In this document: positions 53,142 through 61,946 of the stretch, piece after piece
How the letters are laid out: each line of letters opens with the position of its first letter
Position numbering within the stretch: the stretch's first letter is position 1
From: Syntrophaceae bacterium UBA7520
Lineage (GTDB): Bacteria; Desulfobacterota; Syntrophia; Syntrophales; Smithellaceae
Direction: 5' to 3'
Assembly: GCA_002478265.1 (NCBI GenBank)
Contig: DLNC01000019.1
Span: 2,866 to 66,865, forward strand
DNA length: 64,000 nucleotides
The notes under the pieces: generated by a model
Database searches by the model: none
Seen by the model: the letters and a program-made list of their open reading frames with translations, nothing else
What the model was told of the DNA's origin: nothing
Translations under genes and position numbers: made by a program

Positions 53142-55046
53142 ATGAAGCAGTACCGTTCTTACGAAGAAGCGTACAACCGTTCCATAACCGACCCGGATGG
53201 CTTCTGGGCACAAGCCGCTGCGGCGGTAAGCTGGGTGAAAAAATGGGACAGCGTTGTTTCAAGCCCCAAGCCGCAATTTTACCGCTGGTTCGCCGGAGCA
53301 CAGTTAAACACCTGCTACAACGCCATCGACCGGCACGTGGAAGGCGGCAGAAAAAATCAGTTTGCTATCATTTACGACAGCCCCGTAACCAACACGGTAA
53401 AAAAGATAACCTATGGCGAATTACTCGATAACGTCTCGCTGGTGGGCGGCATGCTGGCCAATGCCGGCGTCAAAAAAGGCGACCGCGTGATAATCTACAT
53501 GCCGATGATTCCCGAAACGCTTTTCGCGATGCTGGCCTGCGCGCGCATCGGCGCCGTGCACTCGGTGGTTTTCGGCGGCTTCGCGCCCAATGAACTGGCC
53601 GTCAGAATCGACGACGCCAAACCAAAAGTAATCCTTTCCGCGAACTGCGGCATCGAGCCTAAAGGCGCGATTCCCTACAAGCCGCTTCTGGATAAGGCAA
53701 TTGAGCTTTCCCGACATAAACCGGAAAAATGCTTTATCCTGCAACGCCCACAGGTGAAGGCGGATTTGATCGCGGGGCGCGACTTTGACTGGCAGGAAGC
53801 CCTGAAAAGCGCGAAGCCCGTTGGCTGCGTAACTGTCGCCGCGACCGATCCTCTCTATATTCTTTACACCTCCGGCACCACTGGTATTCCAAAAGGCGTG
53901 GTGCGCGACAACGGCGGGCACGCCGTGGCGCTTCTGTGGAGCATGAAAAACATTTACGGTATTGAGCCGGGCGATGTCTACTGGGCGGCGTCTGATGTCG
54001 GCTGGGTAGTCGGGCATTCTTATATTGTTTACGCGCCACTGCTCTACGGCGCCACAACTATCATGTATGAAGGCAAACCCGTGGGCACGCCCGATCCCGG
54101 CGCGTTCTGGCGCGTGATCAGCGAACACAAGGTAAAGGTCCTTTTCACCGCCCCCACTGCTTTTCGCGCGATAAAAAAGGAAGATCCCACCGGCGCCTTC
54201 ATTAAAAAATATGATATTTCCTGCCTGAAATATCTTTTCCTCGCCGGGGAACGGCTTGACCCGGATACGTATTACTGGGCGGCGGATCGCCTGAAAATAC
54301 CGGTTATCGATCACTGGTGGCAGACGGAAACCGGCTGGCCGATTGCCGCCAACTGCATGGGCATCGAGCATCTGCCGGTAAAAGCGGGCTCGCCCACCAA
54401 GCCGGTGCCGGGTTACAATGTTCAGGTGCTTGACGAAAACGGCCAGGAACTTCCCAACGGCTCGGAGGGCACCATCGCCATCAAACTGCCACTACCGCCG
54501 TGTTGTCTTACGACACTGTGGGAAAAAGATGACGCCTACATTTCCTCGTATCTGGAAACATTTGCGGGATATTACTCCACCGGAGACGGCGGGTTCAAAG
54601 ACAAAGACGGCTACATTTACATCATGGGGCGCGTGGACGATATTATCAACGTGGCGGGCCATCGGCTTTCCACCGGCGGGATGGAGGAAGTTGTCGCCAA
54701 GCATCCGGACGTCGCCGAATGCGCGGTCATCGGCGTCGATGATCAGCTCAAAGGTCAGGTTCCCGTTGGTTTTGCCGTGCTGAAAGCGGGTGTTTCTAAA
54801 AATCCCGCGGAAATTCAGAAGGAAATCGTCAGTATGATTCGCGAGCAGATCGGCGCGCTGGCCTGCCTCAAGGACGTGGCGATTGTGGCGCGCCTGCCCA
54901 AAACGCGCAGCGGCAAGATTCTGCGCTCGACCATGCGTAAAATCGCGGACGGCAAGGAATACAACGTCCCTTCTACCATTGAAGACCCGGCGGTGCTGGG
55001 TGAAATTAAAGACGCTCTCAAGGACGTGGGTTATCCGAAAAGTTAG
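53142..55046 (+). CDS. AMP-forming acyl-CoA synthetase, propionate/acetate--CoA ligase (PrpE/Acs) family
   Basis: 634 aa. Contains DPDGFWAQAA, YTSGTTGIPKGV, YSTGDGGFKDKDGYIYIMGRVDD and PKTRSGKILR. Confidence 0.88.
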   Translation: MKQYRSYEEAYNRSITDPDGFWAQAAAAVSWVKKWDSVVSSPKPQFYRWFAGAQLNTCYNAIDRHVEGGRKNQFAIIYDSPVTNTVKKITYGELLDNVSLVGGMLANAGVKKGDRVIIYMPMIPETLFAMLACARIGAVHSVVFGGFAPNELAVRIDDAKPKVILSANCGIEPKGAIPYKPLLDKAIELSRHKPEKCFILQRPQVKADLIAGRDFDWQEALKSAKPVGCVTVAATDPLYILYTSGTTGIPKGVVRDNGGHAVALLWSMKNIYGIEPGDVYWAASDVGWVVGHSYIVYAPLLYGATTIMYEGKPVGTPDPGAFWRVISEHKVKVLFTAPTAFRAIKKEDPTGAFIKKYDISCLKYLFLAGERLDPDTYYWAADRLKIPVIDHWWQTETGWPIAANCMGIEHLPVKAGSPTKPVPGYNVQVLDENGQELPNGSEGTIAIKLPLPPCCLTTLWEKDDAYISSYLETFAGYYSTGDGGFKDKDGYIYIMGRVDDIINVAGHRLSTGGMEEVVAKHPDVAECAVIGVDDQLKGQVPVGFAVLKAGVSKNPAEIQKEIVSMIREQIGALACLKDVAIVARLPKTRSGKILRSTMRKIADGKEYNVPSTIEDPAVLGEIKDALKDVGYPKS

Positions 55047-55070
55047 AACGCGAAGGGATTCGATACGCCC

Positions 55071-55697
55071 GTGAAGAAAAAAACAGCTCCGGCCAAAGAG
55101 CACAAGCCCAAAAGAGGCAAAGACCTTTTTCAGAAAAGGCAGGCGCAGATTATCAACAAAGCCACGCGGCTTTTTCTGAAAAAAGGCTACGCGCAGACTT
55201 CCATGCGCGATATTTCCCGCGCTACGGGGATCGATATCAGTAATTTGTATTACTTCATCAAAAACAAAGAGGAGATTCTCTTTCTTGTTTTTGACATGCT
55301 GCACAAGCCAGCGCTGGAGGTTTTTGAAAAACACGGCATCATGTACATGGATGATCCGGTGGAGCAGTTAAAAGCCGTGATTAACGGGCTGATTGCCTCC
55401 GGTTATAATTATGAAAGCGAGATTCTACTTTTGTATCGTGAATCAAACTCACTGCCCAAGCGCATGCTCAAAAGCATTCTGGAGAGGGAGAGCCTGGTGG
55501 TCACACGCCTTGAGGAAATTCTGAAAAAGGGCAAGGCGCGCGGAGTTTTTCAGTTTGACGATGCCGCCTTCACGGCCAATATGATTGTTTACCAGTTGTC
55601 GCTCTACCCCCTGCGCAAATGGAACATGCGCAAGTATTCCAAGAAAGAACTGATCTCTCTGATGGAAAGACAAATCCTGAAGATGATCATGGCCTGA
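55071..55697 (+). CDS. TetR/AcrR family transcriptional regulator
   Basis: 208 aa, GTG start. N-terminal HTH IINKATRLFLKKGYAQTSMRDISRATGIDISNLYYF. Confidence 0.85.
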   Translation: MKKKTAPAKEHKPKRGKDLFQKRQAQIINKATRLFLKKGYAQTSMRDISRATGIDISNLYYFIKNKEEILFLVFDMLHKPALEVFEKHGIMYMDDPVEQLKAVINGLIASGYNYESEILLLYRESNSLPKRMLKSILERESLVVTRLEEILKKGKARGVFQFDDAAFTANMIVYQLSLYPLRKWNMRKYSKKELISLMERQILKMIMA

Positions 55698-55721
55698 CAC
55701 ACTGACTGATTTAAAATCAAT

Positions 55722-55753
55722 AAAAAAGCCGGAAAAAAATTTCCGGCTTTTTT
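55722..55753. terminator. bidirectional terminator between convergent tetR and the flavin oxidoreductase gene
   Basis: AAAAAAGCCGGAAA / TTTCCGGCTTTTTT stem with A/T runs on both sides. A second 9-bp hairpin CGTTGCGCT/AGCGCAACG lies at 55762-55783. Confidence 0.85.
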
Positions 55754-55795
55754 ATATTCGTCGTTGCGCTTCAAAGCGCAACGGAAAGGGATTTT

Positions 55796-56908
55796 TTAGG
55801 CAAGATGTTTTTTCTGCACGCCGCGCAGAATTTCTTCCGCTTCTTTCACAATGCCCTGCACCATATCCGCCACTTTCGGCATATCATTGATGCGCTGTGC
55901 GCATTCACCGGCGGCCATCATGGCTTTTTCCCTGTTGCCGTCATAAACGGCCTTGATGGACTCGATTTCGTAATTAATCAGCGACATATCCAGCGTGGAA
56001 TAATCATCGGGCGTTCCCAGAAAAACACCGGGCGATTTCTTCAGCGTGTTGACCGCGTGCTCTTCGCTGCGTTTGTTTTTAACCCAGCGCGCGGGGCCGA
56101 CAAAACCGCGCGCCACCAGCGTGCCGCGGTCGCCCGCTTCCACCACCGCCTCTTTCCAGATCTGATGAAAATCGCTTTCCTGCGTGGCGAGAAACCGCGT
56201 GCCCATCTGCGCGCCGTCGGCGCCCAGAACCAGGGCGGCCGCCAGCGTTTTGCCATCGCAGAACCCCCCCGCGCCGCAAACCAGAGTTTTTTCATCGGAT
56301 ACCGCTTCCACCACCGCGGGCAGCAGAATCATTGAATGCACCGGCTCCCACGAGGTATGGAATCCGCCTTCATGCCCCGAGGCCACGATGACATCCACGC
56401 CCGCTTTTTTGCAGCGCTGCGCGCCTTTGACCGAAGGCACAACATGCATCCAGGTAAAGCCGGCGTTTTTGATTGCGTCACGCCAGGGAACCGGATCGCC
56501 CGCCGAGGTGAAGATTACCTTGAAATGTTTTTTCATGTCCGGATTTTCCTCGCGCACGCGGATGGCCGTCTCAATGATGATTTTTGCCTGCGGCACCATT
56601 TCCGCTGCGACCATCACGTTAATGCCGAATATTCCGCCTTTGTCTTTGGTCAGGCGATATGTGCGTTTCAGAACTTTCTCCATGGCGGTGGCCATATCGT
56701 CATCCGGATGCGCCTCGGCGGTTTTAATCCACGCGTCGTAGACAAAAGGCTGGCCTTCCTTATCGGCCAGGCCGCTGGTGGATAGAAGCCCCAGCGCGCC
56801 CGCGTTGGCCGCGGCCACGCCCAGGTTGTTGTTGGAAAACGGGCCCATGCCCGCTTGAATGATGGGATATTTGATGCCCACCATGTCACAGAGTCTTGAC
56901 TTGATCAT
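55796..56908 (-). CDS. NAD(P)H-dependent flavin oxidoreductase, nitronate monooxygenase (NMO/FabK-like) family
   Basis: 370 aa. YPIIQAGMGPFSNNNLGVAAANAGALGLLS, then SGHEGGFH and GADGAQMGTRF. Confidence 0.82.
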   Translation of the reverse strand: MIKSRLCDMVGIKYPIIQAGMGPFSNNNLGVAAANAGALGLLSTSGLADKEGQPFVYDAWIKTAEAHPDDDMATAMEKVLKRTYRLTKDKGGIFGINVMVAAEMVPQAKIIIETAIRVREENPDMKKHFKVIFTSAGDPVPWRDAIKNAGFTWMHVVPSVKGAQRCKKAGVDVIVASGHEGGFHTSWEPVHSMILLPAVVEAVSDEKTLVCGAGGFCDGKTLAAALVLGADGAQMGTRFLATQESDFHQIWKEAVVEAGDRGTLVARGFVGPARWVKNKRSEEHAVNTLKKSPGVFLGTPDDYSTLDMSLINYEIESIKAVYDGNREKAMMAAGECAQRINDMPKVADMVQGIVKEAEEILRGVQKKHLA

Positions 56909-56971
56909 AATGCTGTCTCCTTGAATTTATTATCGCTATAAATACACGGGAATTCGTCTTCCGCGTTTTTA

Positions 56972-56987
56972 TACAACGTACGTTGTA
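56972..56987. promoter_or_regulatory. operator-like perfect palindrome TACAACGTACGTTGTA
   Basis: 16-bp perfect palindrome just downstream of a minus-strand TTGACA (57013-57018) with a 17-nt spacer. Positioned over the promoter of the oxidoreductase gene. Confidence 0.55.
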
Positions 56988-57073
56988 GCAAATAATGGAT
57001 GTATCTCTCTTTTGTCAAGAAATATTTCCTCCTCCGGCAAATAATGCTTGACAGAAGATGTCCTGCTTAATAA

Positions 57074-57091
57074 TTACAACACATGTTGTAA
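57074..57091. promoter_or_regulatory. second operator-like inverted repeat TTACAAC-ACAT-GTTGTAA
   Basis: Same TACAAC-N4-GTTGTA core. Overlaps the -10 (TAATTA 57071-57076) of a plus-strand TTGACA (57048-57053)-N17 promoter for the hydrolase gene. Confidence 0.55.
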
Positions 57092-57114
57092 ACACTTTTG
57101 GGGGAATAATTATC

Positions 57115-57984
57115 ATGGCCATGAAAACAGGCAAAGTCACCGTAAACAGAGGAACTTTTAACGTGCGCGACCGCGGCAACAAAGACGGGTTTCCCCTGGT
57201 CATGCTGCACGGCTGGCCGGAAAGCTCTTATTGCTGGGAAACAATCGAACCGTATATTGATAAATCTCTGCGTATCATCGCGCCGGACCTGCGGGGGTTG
57301 GGCGAAAGCGAACGCACACTGGATGTCAAAGCATACCAGAAACTCGAGCTGGCCAAAGACATGATTGAAGTCATCGACGCGCTCGGCATCAAAGATTTTT
57401 TCCTGGTCGGCCACGACTGGGGCGGCATCGTCGCGCAGGAACTGACGCTCATTATCCATGAGCGCGTGAAAAAACTCGCGCTCATGAACATTCCGGTCAT
57501 TACCAACGCCAAGGGCGAAAAAGACGCGCAGCGTGCGCTGGCCGCGATGCGTTTTATGCCCATGTGGTATCAATATTTTCAGCAGCAGCCAGGCCTGGCC
57601 GAGGGCATGATTAAAGGCAACGAGGATGTCTGGGTTCGCTATTTCTTCGGCAGAAAAGGCAAAGACGGCACAATTCCCGGTGAGGCCATCGCCGAATACG
57701 TGCGCTGCTATAGAATCGAAAACACGCCGGCCACGGCGGCCTATTATTATCGCGCCATGCGCCTGGACGCGCCGCACTGGGCGGAACTGGCGGGAAAAAA
57801 ATTCACCATGCCCGCTCTCTATATTTACGGCGAGGAAGAAATCGTCATCGTCAAGGAAAATTTAAATCACCTGGAAGATTGCTTTGATTCCATTAAAATC
57901 GAAAGACTCAAGGCGGGGCATTTTATTCAGGAAGAAAAGCCGCGCGAAGTGGCGGCCTTATTAAACGAATTTTTCCGCGGCTAA
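57115..57984 (+). CDS. alpha/beta hydrolase (epoxide hydrolase / haloalkane dehalogenase-like)
   Basis: Contains HGWPESSYCWE, VGHDWGG (nucleophile elbow) and C-terminal GHFIQEEKP. ATG 57115 follows GGGGGA. The longer ORF from 57058 would begin inside the promoter. Confidence 0.85.
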   Translation: MAMKTGKVTVNRGTFNVRDRGNKDGFPLVMLHGWPESSYCWETIEPYIDKSLRIIAPDLRGLGESERTLDVKAYQKLELAKDMIEVIDALGIKDFFLVGHDWGGIVAQELTLIIHERVKKLALMNIPVITNAKGEKDAQRALAAMRFMPMWYQYFQQQPGLAEGMIKGNEDVWVRYFFGRKGKDGTIPGEAIAEYVRCYRIENTPATAAYYYRAMRLDAPHWAELAGKKFTMPALYIYGEEEIVIVKENLNHLEDCFDSIKIERLKAGHFIQEEKPREVAALLNEFFRG

Positions 57985-58021
57985 TAAGCGCGATAACAAC
58001 AAGGTTTGAGGAGAGTAAAAT

Positions 58022-58405
58022 ATGTCCGGCATCAAAAACAACGAGGATCAATTTAAAGCATTGGCGCATAACCCCAGCGAAGAACCATTTGTCATGCTCA
58101 ACCTATTAAAGTTCAAAAAAGACGGCGGACGCGAAGCGTATTTCCAATACATCAAGGAATCGGGACGTTTCGTCGAAGGCGTCGGCGCCAAGGTGCTGTA
58201 TTTCGGCATCCCGAAAGAACTGTTGCAGGGCGCGGAAGACTGGGATCTTCTGATGCTTGTGCAATACCCTTCGCGCAAGGCTTTCTTAAAGATGGCGAAC
58301 AACCCTGATTATATCAAAGTGCATGATGAATACCGCAAGGATGCTCTGGAACGCGCGGTGCTCTATGCCACAGACCCGGCAAAATTCAAGGCGATTCTTT
58401 CTTAA
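58022..58405 (+). CDS. DUF1330 domain protein
   Basis: 127 aa. PFVMLNLLKFKKDGGREAYFQY...DLLMLVQYPSRKAFLKMANNPDY matches my recollection of DUF1330. Confidence 0.7.
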   Translation: MSGIKNNEDQFKALAHNPSEEPFVMLNLLKFKKDGGREAYFQYIKESGRFVEGVGAKVLYFGIPKELLQGAEDWDLLMLVQYPSRKAFLKMANNPDYIKVHDEYRKDALERAVLYATDPAKFKAILS

Positions 58406-58544
58406 TCGCGATACGCGACATCAGCATATCTTGAATAATTATGATCTCTGTTGTAGCGTAAATACATCAGAAAGATTTAAATAGCAGTTGCTTGTAAACG
58501 CGGGCCGCAATATTTTCCGCGCATCGCCGAAAGAGAAAACAAAT

Positions 58545-59315
58545 ATGGGCTTTCTCCAGACAATCCGAAAAAAGACCTTTCATTTGCGATATTCGGTTAT
58601 GCATTCACGAAAGCTCCCTTTCATTATTTTAAAGCCCTTTTATTTGATCGCCCGCTTTTTTATACTGGGTTTCCCCGGCATGCAATACAACATTTTCACG
58701 CGCATGAAATACAAAAAGCATCTGCACCAATGGAGTAATTACACCTGCGAAGACCGTTATCCTGAATTGTTTGCCATCTGTAAAGAATTTTTCAAAGACA
58801 GGGAGAATGTCAAAATATTATCTTTCGGATGTTCCACCGGAGAAGAAGTTTACAGCATTCATTCTTACCTTCCAAAAGCCGCAATCATCGGCGCCGATAT
58901 CAATCCTTATAATCTAAGGCAATGCAAAAAAAAGAAGCCCCCGAAAAATGTTGGTTTTATGCATACTTTTTCGGAAGAATACCGGCAAAGCAAAGATTTT
59001 GACGCCATCTTCTGCCTGGTGGTGCTTCTCAACGTTAAAAACAGAAAAGCGAATGTCGCTACTGAATTCACCTTCCAGCAGTTTGAAAAACAGCTCTCCG
59101 AACTGGATGAAAAACTCAAGACAGGAGGGCTGTTGTTTATCGACAGAACCGATTTTGATTTTATGCACACTTCTATTTCCGACAGATATTCCCCTCTGGA
59201 TACAAAAGGCAACAGAACAGTAACGGAAAGGCCTTTGTTTGACGCAAACAACACAAAAATTTCCGATAAACAAGATTCTTACAGGGTTTTTTTGAAAAGG
59301 GAATACAGCGCTTGA
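58545..59315 (+). CDS. CheR-like SAM-dependent methyltransferase-domain protein
   Basis: ILSFGCSTGEEVYSI resembles the CheR motif (W/S)xGCSTGEE(P/V)YS. Hydrophobic N-terminal segment. AT-rich. ATG 58545 preferred over TTG 58488. Confidence 0.55.
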   Translation: MGFLQTIRKKTFHLRYSVMHSRKLPFIILKPFYLIARFFILGFPGMQYNIFTRMKYKKHLHQWSNYTCEDRYPELFAICKEFFKDRENVKILSFGCSTGEEVYSIHSYLPKAAIIGADINPYNLRQCKKKKPPKNVGFMHTFSEEYRQSKDFDAIFCLVVLLNVKNRKANVATEFTFQQFEKQLSELDEKLKTGGLLFIDRTDFDFMHTSISDRYSPLDTKGNRTVTERPLFDANNTKISDKQDSYRVFLKREYSA

Positions 59316-59391
59316 TTCACGAATAACCACACCAAAAATTATTCCCATAATTCCGTTGACATACAAAACCGGTTTCCCTATACTTTTTTAC

Positions 59392-59472
59392 ATCGACAAC
59401 CAAATCGACAAACTGGTTTACAAGCTATACGATTTAACCCCCGAAGAAATCGCCATCGTGGAAAGACAATGA
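59392..59472 (+). pseudogene. remnant encoding the C-terminal tail of an RM/BREX-type N6 DNA methyltransferase (copy 1)
   Basis: Translates to IDNQIDKLVYKLYDLTPEEIAIVERQ*. No start codon or upstream body. Direct repeat of 61947-62024. Confidence 0.6.
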
Positions 59473-59482
59473 AAAATACCGA

Positions 59483-59526
59483 ATTCCCCGGTCAACCGGC
59501 ATGCGCCGGTCTGTGAGCCGGGGAAT
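59483..59526. repeat. nested GC-rich stem-loop
   Basis: Outer 9-bp stem ATTCCCCGG/CCGGGGAAT encloses an inner 6-bp stem ACCGGC/GCCGGT with loop ATGC. Confidence 0.6.
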
Positions 59527-59577
59527 GACAATCGGCGCAATCGCTATCGTGGAGAAAAACAATTAAGGTCAATCAAA

Positions 59578-59967
59578 ATGCTGAAAACAAAATCTGTAGC
59601 ATCGCCGATTGATAAAGAAAAGGACGGGCTGCGCATTCTTGTAACGTGCTTTCGCGGCAGGGGTTTGCCGTCTTCACGTTACTATGTCTGGATGTCTTCT
59701 TTGGGGCCAAGCGAAAAGCTTTTAAGTAAAATGCAGAAAGGTAAAATTAATTGGCAGCAATTTGCAGTCAAAAAAGAGATTTTCGAAAGCCGCGAATTTG
59801 ACAAAAGCAACGAGACGATAAAGAATCATGGACAAAAATTCTCACTGCGTCTATTAAAGCACATGGCAAAGAGGGATAATGTCACGCTGATGTGCCATTG
59901 CGCGGAAGACCAAAAACAATGTCATCGGCATATACTTAAGGCAGTTATTGAAAGCAAAAAGATTTAA
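59578..59967 (+). CDS. DUF488 domain protein
   Basis: 129 aa. LRILVTCFRGRGLP...W...LGPSEKL...INWQQF...VTLMCHCAEDQKQCHRHIL matches the DUF488 pattern (R.WPRG, PS..L, C.C....CHR). Confidence 0.75.
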   Translation: MLKTKSVASPIDKEKDGLRILVTCFRGRGLPSSRYYVWMSSLGPSEKLLSKMQKGKINWQQFAVKKEIFESREFDKSNETIKNHGQKFSLRLLKHMAKRDNVTLMCHCAEDQKQCHRHILKAVIESKKI

Positions 59968-60133
59968 GAAAAGCCATATTTCTATACGCTTATCCGGCCG
60001 GATCTTATAAAACCGCCAAAAAAAACATGGCTTTCCTGTCTATTAGATAACCTGCACAGCGATATCGCTTTCTCCGGTTTTTTAGTTTAAAAATATTAAT
60101 ATTAGATGACTAAAACTATATAAACAACCATAT

Positions 60134-60176
60134 ATTTAAACCAATTATTGACATTAGTTTAAATTTATTGTTAAAT
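60134..60176 (+). promoter_or_regulatory. candidate abiE promoter with flanking inverted repeats
   Basis: TTGACA 60148-60153, 17-nt spacer, TTAAAT 60171-60176. ATTTAAAC (60134-60141) and GTTTAAAT (60157-60164) bracket the -35. Confidence 0.45.
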
Positions 60177-60183
60177 AACGACT

Positions 60184-60963
60184 ATGAGTGCGGAAACTAA
60201 AACAAAAATAAACCGTCTTATAAACCAGTGGACCGCCGGTACTCCCAGCACTACGTCTTATCTGGACGCAACTGGTTTCAGCGGGGATTTACTTGTCAAA
60301 TATAAGAATAGCGGTTGGCTGGAATCATTCGGCCGCGGCGCTTATATCCGCGCGGGGGATAAAGTGGATTGGCCGGGCGCTCTCTATACACTTCAGGCGC
60401 AACTTTCTCTTCCTGTTCATGCAGGAGGGAAAACAGCTCTTCAACTGAAAGGATATGCTCATTATCTGCCTGCGCGGCAAAATGAGGTTTTTCTGTATGG
60501 CCCCCACGGGCTGATATTGCCGTCTTGGTTTAAGGGTGAGCGCTTTGGCGTGAAATTTGTTTTGACGCGGACAAATTTATTCCCCGCGGATTTTACCGAA
60601 GGCTTTACAGCTTTCAAAGAACATGGTTTTTCGGTCAGGATAGCCGCTCCGGAAAGAGCGGCTATGGAGATGCTTCACCTTGTTCCCCAAAAAGTCGGAT
60701 TCGACGAAGCACAGTTGCTTATAGAAAATCTTGCCGCCCTGCACGGTGATGTTGTTCAGCGTCTTCTTGTCGCCTGCCGGTCGGTTAAAGTAAAAAGGCT
60801 GTTTCTCTATATGGCGGAGCAGAAAGAGCATCCCTGGTTATCAAAGCTGGATTTATCACGAATCAATCTGGGAAAAGGCAAAAGGATGGTTGTCCCACAT
60901 GGCAAATTGGACGCGAAATATTTGATAACCGTTCCCAAAACATACGAAGGAACACCGCCATGA
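60184..60963 (+). CDS. abiEi: type IV toxin-antitoxin system AbiEi family antitoxin
   Basis: 259 aa. N-terminal wHTH-like INRLINQWTAGTPSTTSYLDATGFSGDLLVKYKNSGWLESFGRGAY. ATGA overlap with the downstream nucleotidyltransferase gene. Confidence 0.8.
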   Translation: MSAETKTKINRLINQWTAGTPSTTSYLDATGFSGDLLVKYKNSGWLESFGRGAYIRAGDKVDWPGALYTLQAQLSLPVHAGGKTALQLKGYAHYLPARQNEVFLYGPHGLILPSWFKGERFGVKFVLTRTNLFPADFTEGFTAFKEHGFSVRIAAPERAAMEMLHLVPQKVGFDEAQLLIENLAALHGDVVQRLLVACRSVKVKRLFLYMAEQKEHPWLSKLDLSRINLGKGKRMVVPHGKLDAKYLITVPKTYEGTPP

Positions 60964-61877
60964 TTAATGATCTTTATTTCAAACAGGCCGAATTGCTGCT
61001 GCGGATACTGCCCATCATTGACAGGGAATCCGTCTTTGCCCTGAAAGGCGGGACAGCAATCAATTTTTTTGTACGGGATTTGCCCCGTATCTCCATAGAT
61101 ATTGACCTTGCCTATCTTCCCGTTGACGAAAGGGATGATTCCTTGCGGAAAATAAGCTCCGCGCTTACCAGGATTGCCGGGAAAATCACAAGGATGATTC
61201 CAAAAACTAAAGTGATACCCCGGAAAGCCAAGGAGTCTGATTTATTGAGCGGATTGTTTGTTGAAGGACATAACGCCATAGTCAAGATCGAGCCTAATTT
61301 GGTTATCCGCGGTTTTGTCTATCCCCCGGAGAGAAGAGTTATCTCTGCAAAAGCCATAGAACTTTTTGATACATCCGTGGAATGCCGGATTTTGTCGGAA
61401 AGCGAGCTTTATGCCGGTAAAATTTGCGCGGCACTGGATCGCCAACATCCGCGCGATCTTTTTGATATACTAATGCTGCTTAAACATGGAGGCTTTAATA
61501 CTGCAGCGCGCAAGGCGTTTGTGGTTTATCTAATCAGCCATGCCAGGCCGATGGTTGAACTTCTCAATCCCGGATTTACGGATATCCGGCCTGTATTTGA
61601 AACAGAATTTAACGGCATGACGTTGATTGAAGTCAATTGTGAAGACCTGGAAAAGGCCAGAGAAGAACTGATTGCCATGATTGCGGAAAGCCTAACAATA
61701 GAGGAAAAGCAATTCATCCTTAGTATCAAAGAGGGTAATCCCCGCTGGGAATTGCTCGGAATTGAAGGTATTGAAAACTTGCCTGCTGTCAAATGGAAGC
61801 TTTTAAATATCGCTCGCATGAGCCCCGCCAAACACAAAAAGGCGGTTCAGAAATTGAGGGATTATCTGAAGATATAA
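60960..61877 (+). CDS. abiEii: AbiEii/AbiGii family nucleotidyltransferase toxin
   Basis: 305 aa. FALKGGTAINFFVRDLPRISIDIDL matches the NTase G-G...DxD motif of DUF1814/AbiEii. Confidence 0.82.
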   Translation: MINDLYFKQAELLLRILPIIDRESVFALKGGTAINFFVRDLPRISIDIDLAYLPVDERDDSLRKISSALTRIAGKITRMIPKTKVIPRKAKESDLLSGLFVEGHNAIVKIEPNLVIRGFVYPPERRVISAKAIELFDTSVECRILSESELYAGKICAALDRQHPRDLFDILMLLKHGGFNTAARKAFVVYLISHARPMVELLNPGFTDIRPVFETEFNGMTLIEVNCEDLEKAREELIAMIAESLTIEEKQFILSIKEGNPRWELLGIEGIENLPAVKWKLLNIARMSPAKHKKAVQKLRDYLKI

Positions 61878-61946
61878 TTTCGTTTTAGCGGAGGCATCTA
61901 ATTAACGAAATATTAATTACCTCTCAAAGCACGGTAGATGTTTGTG

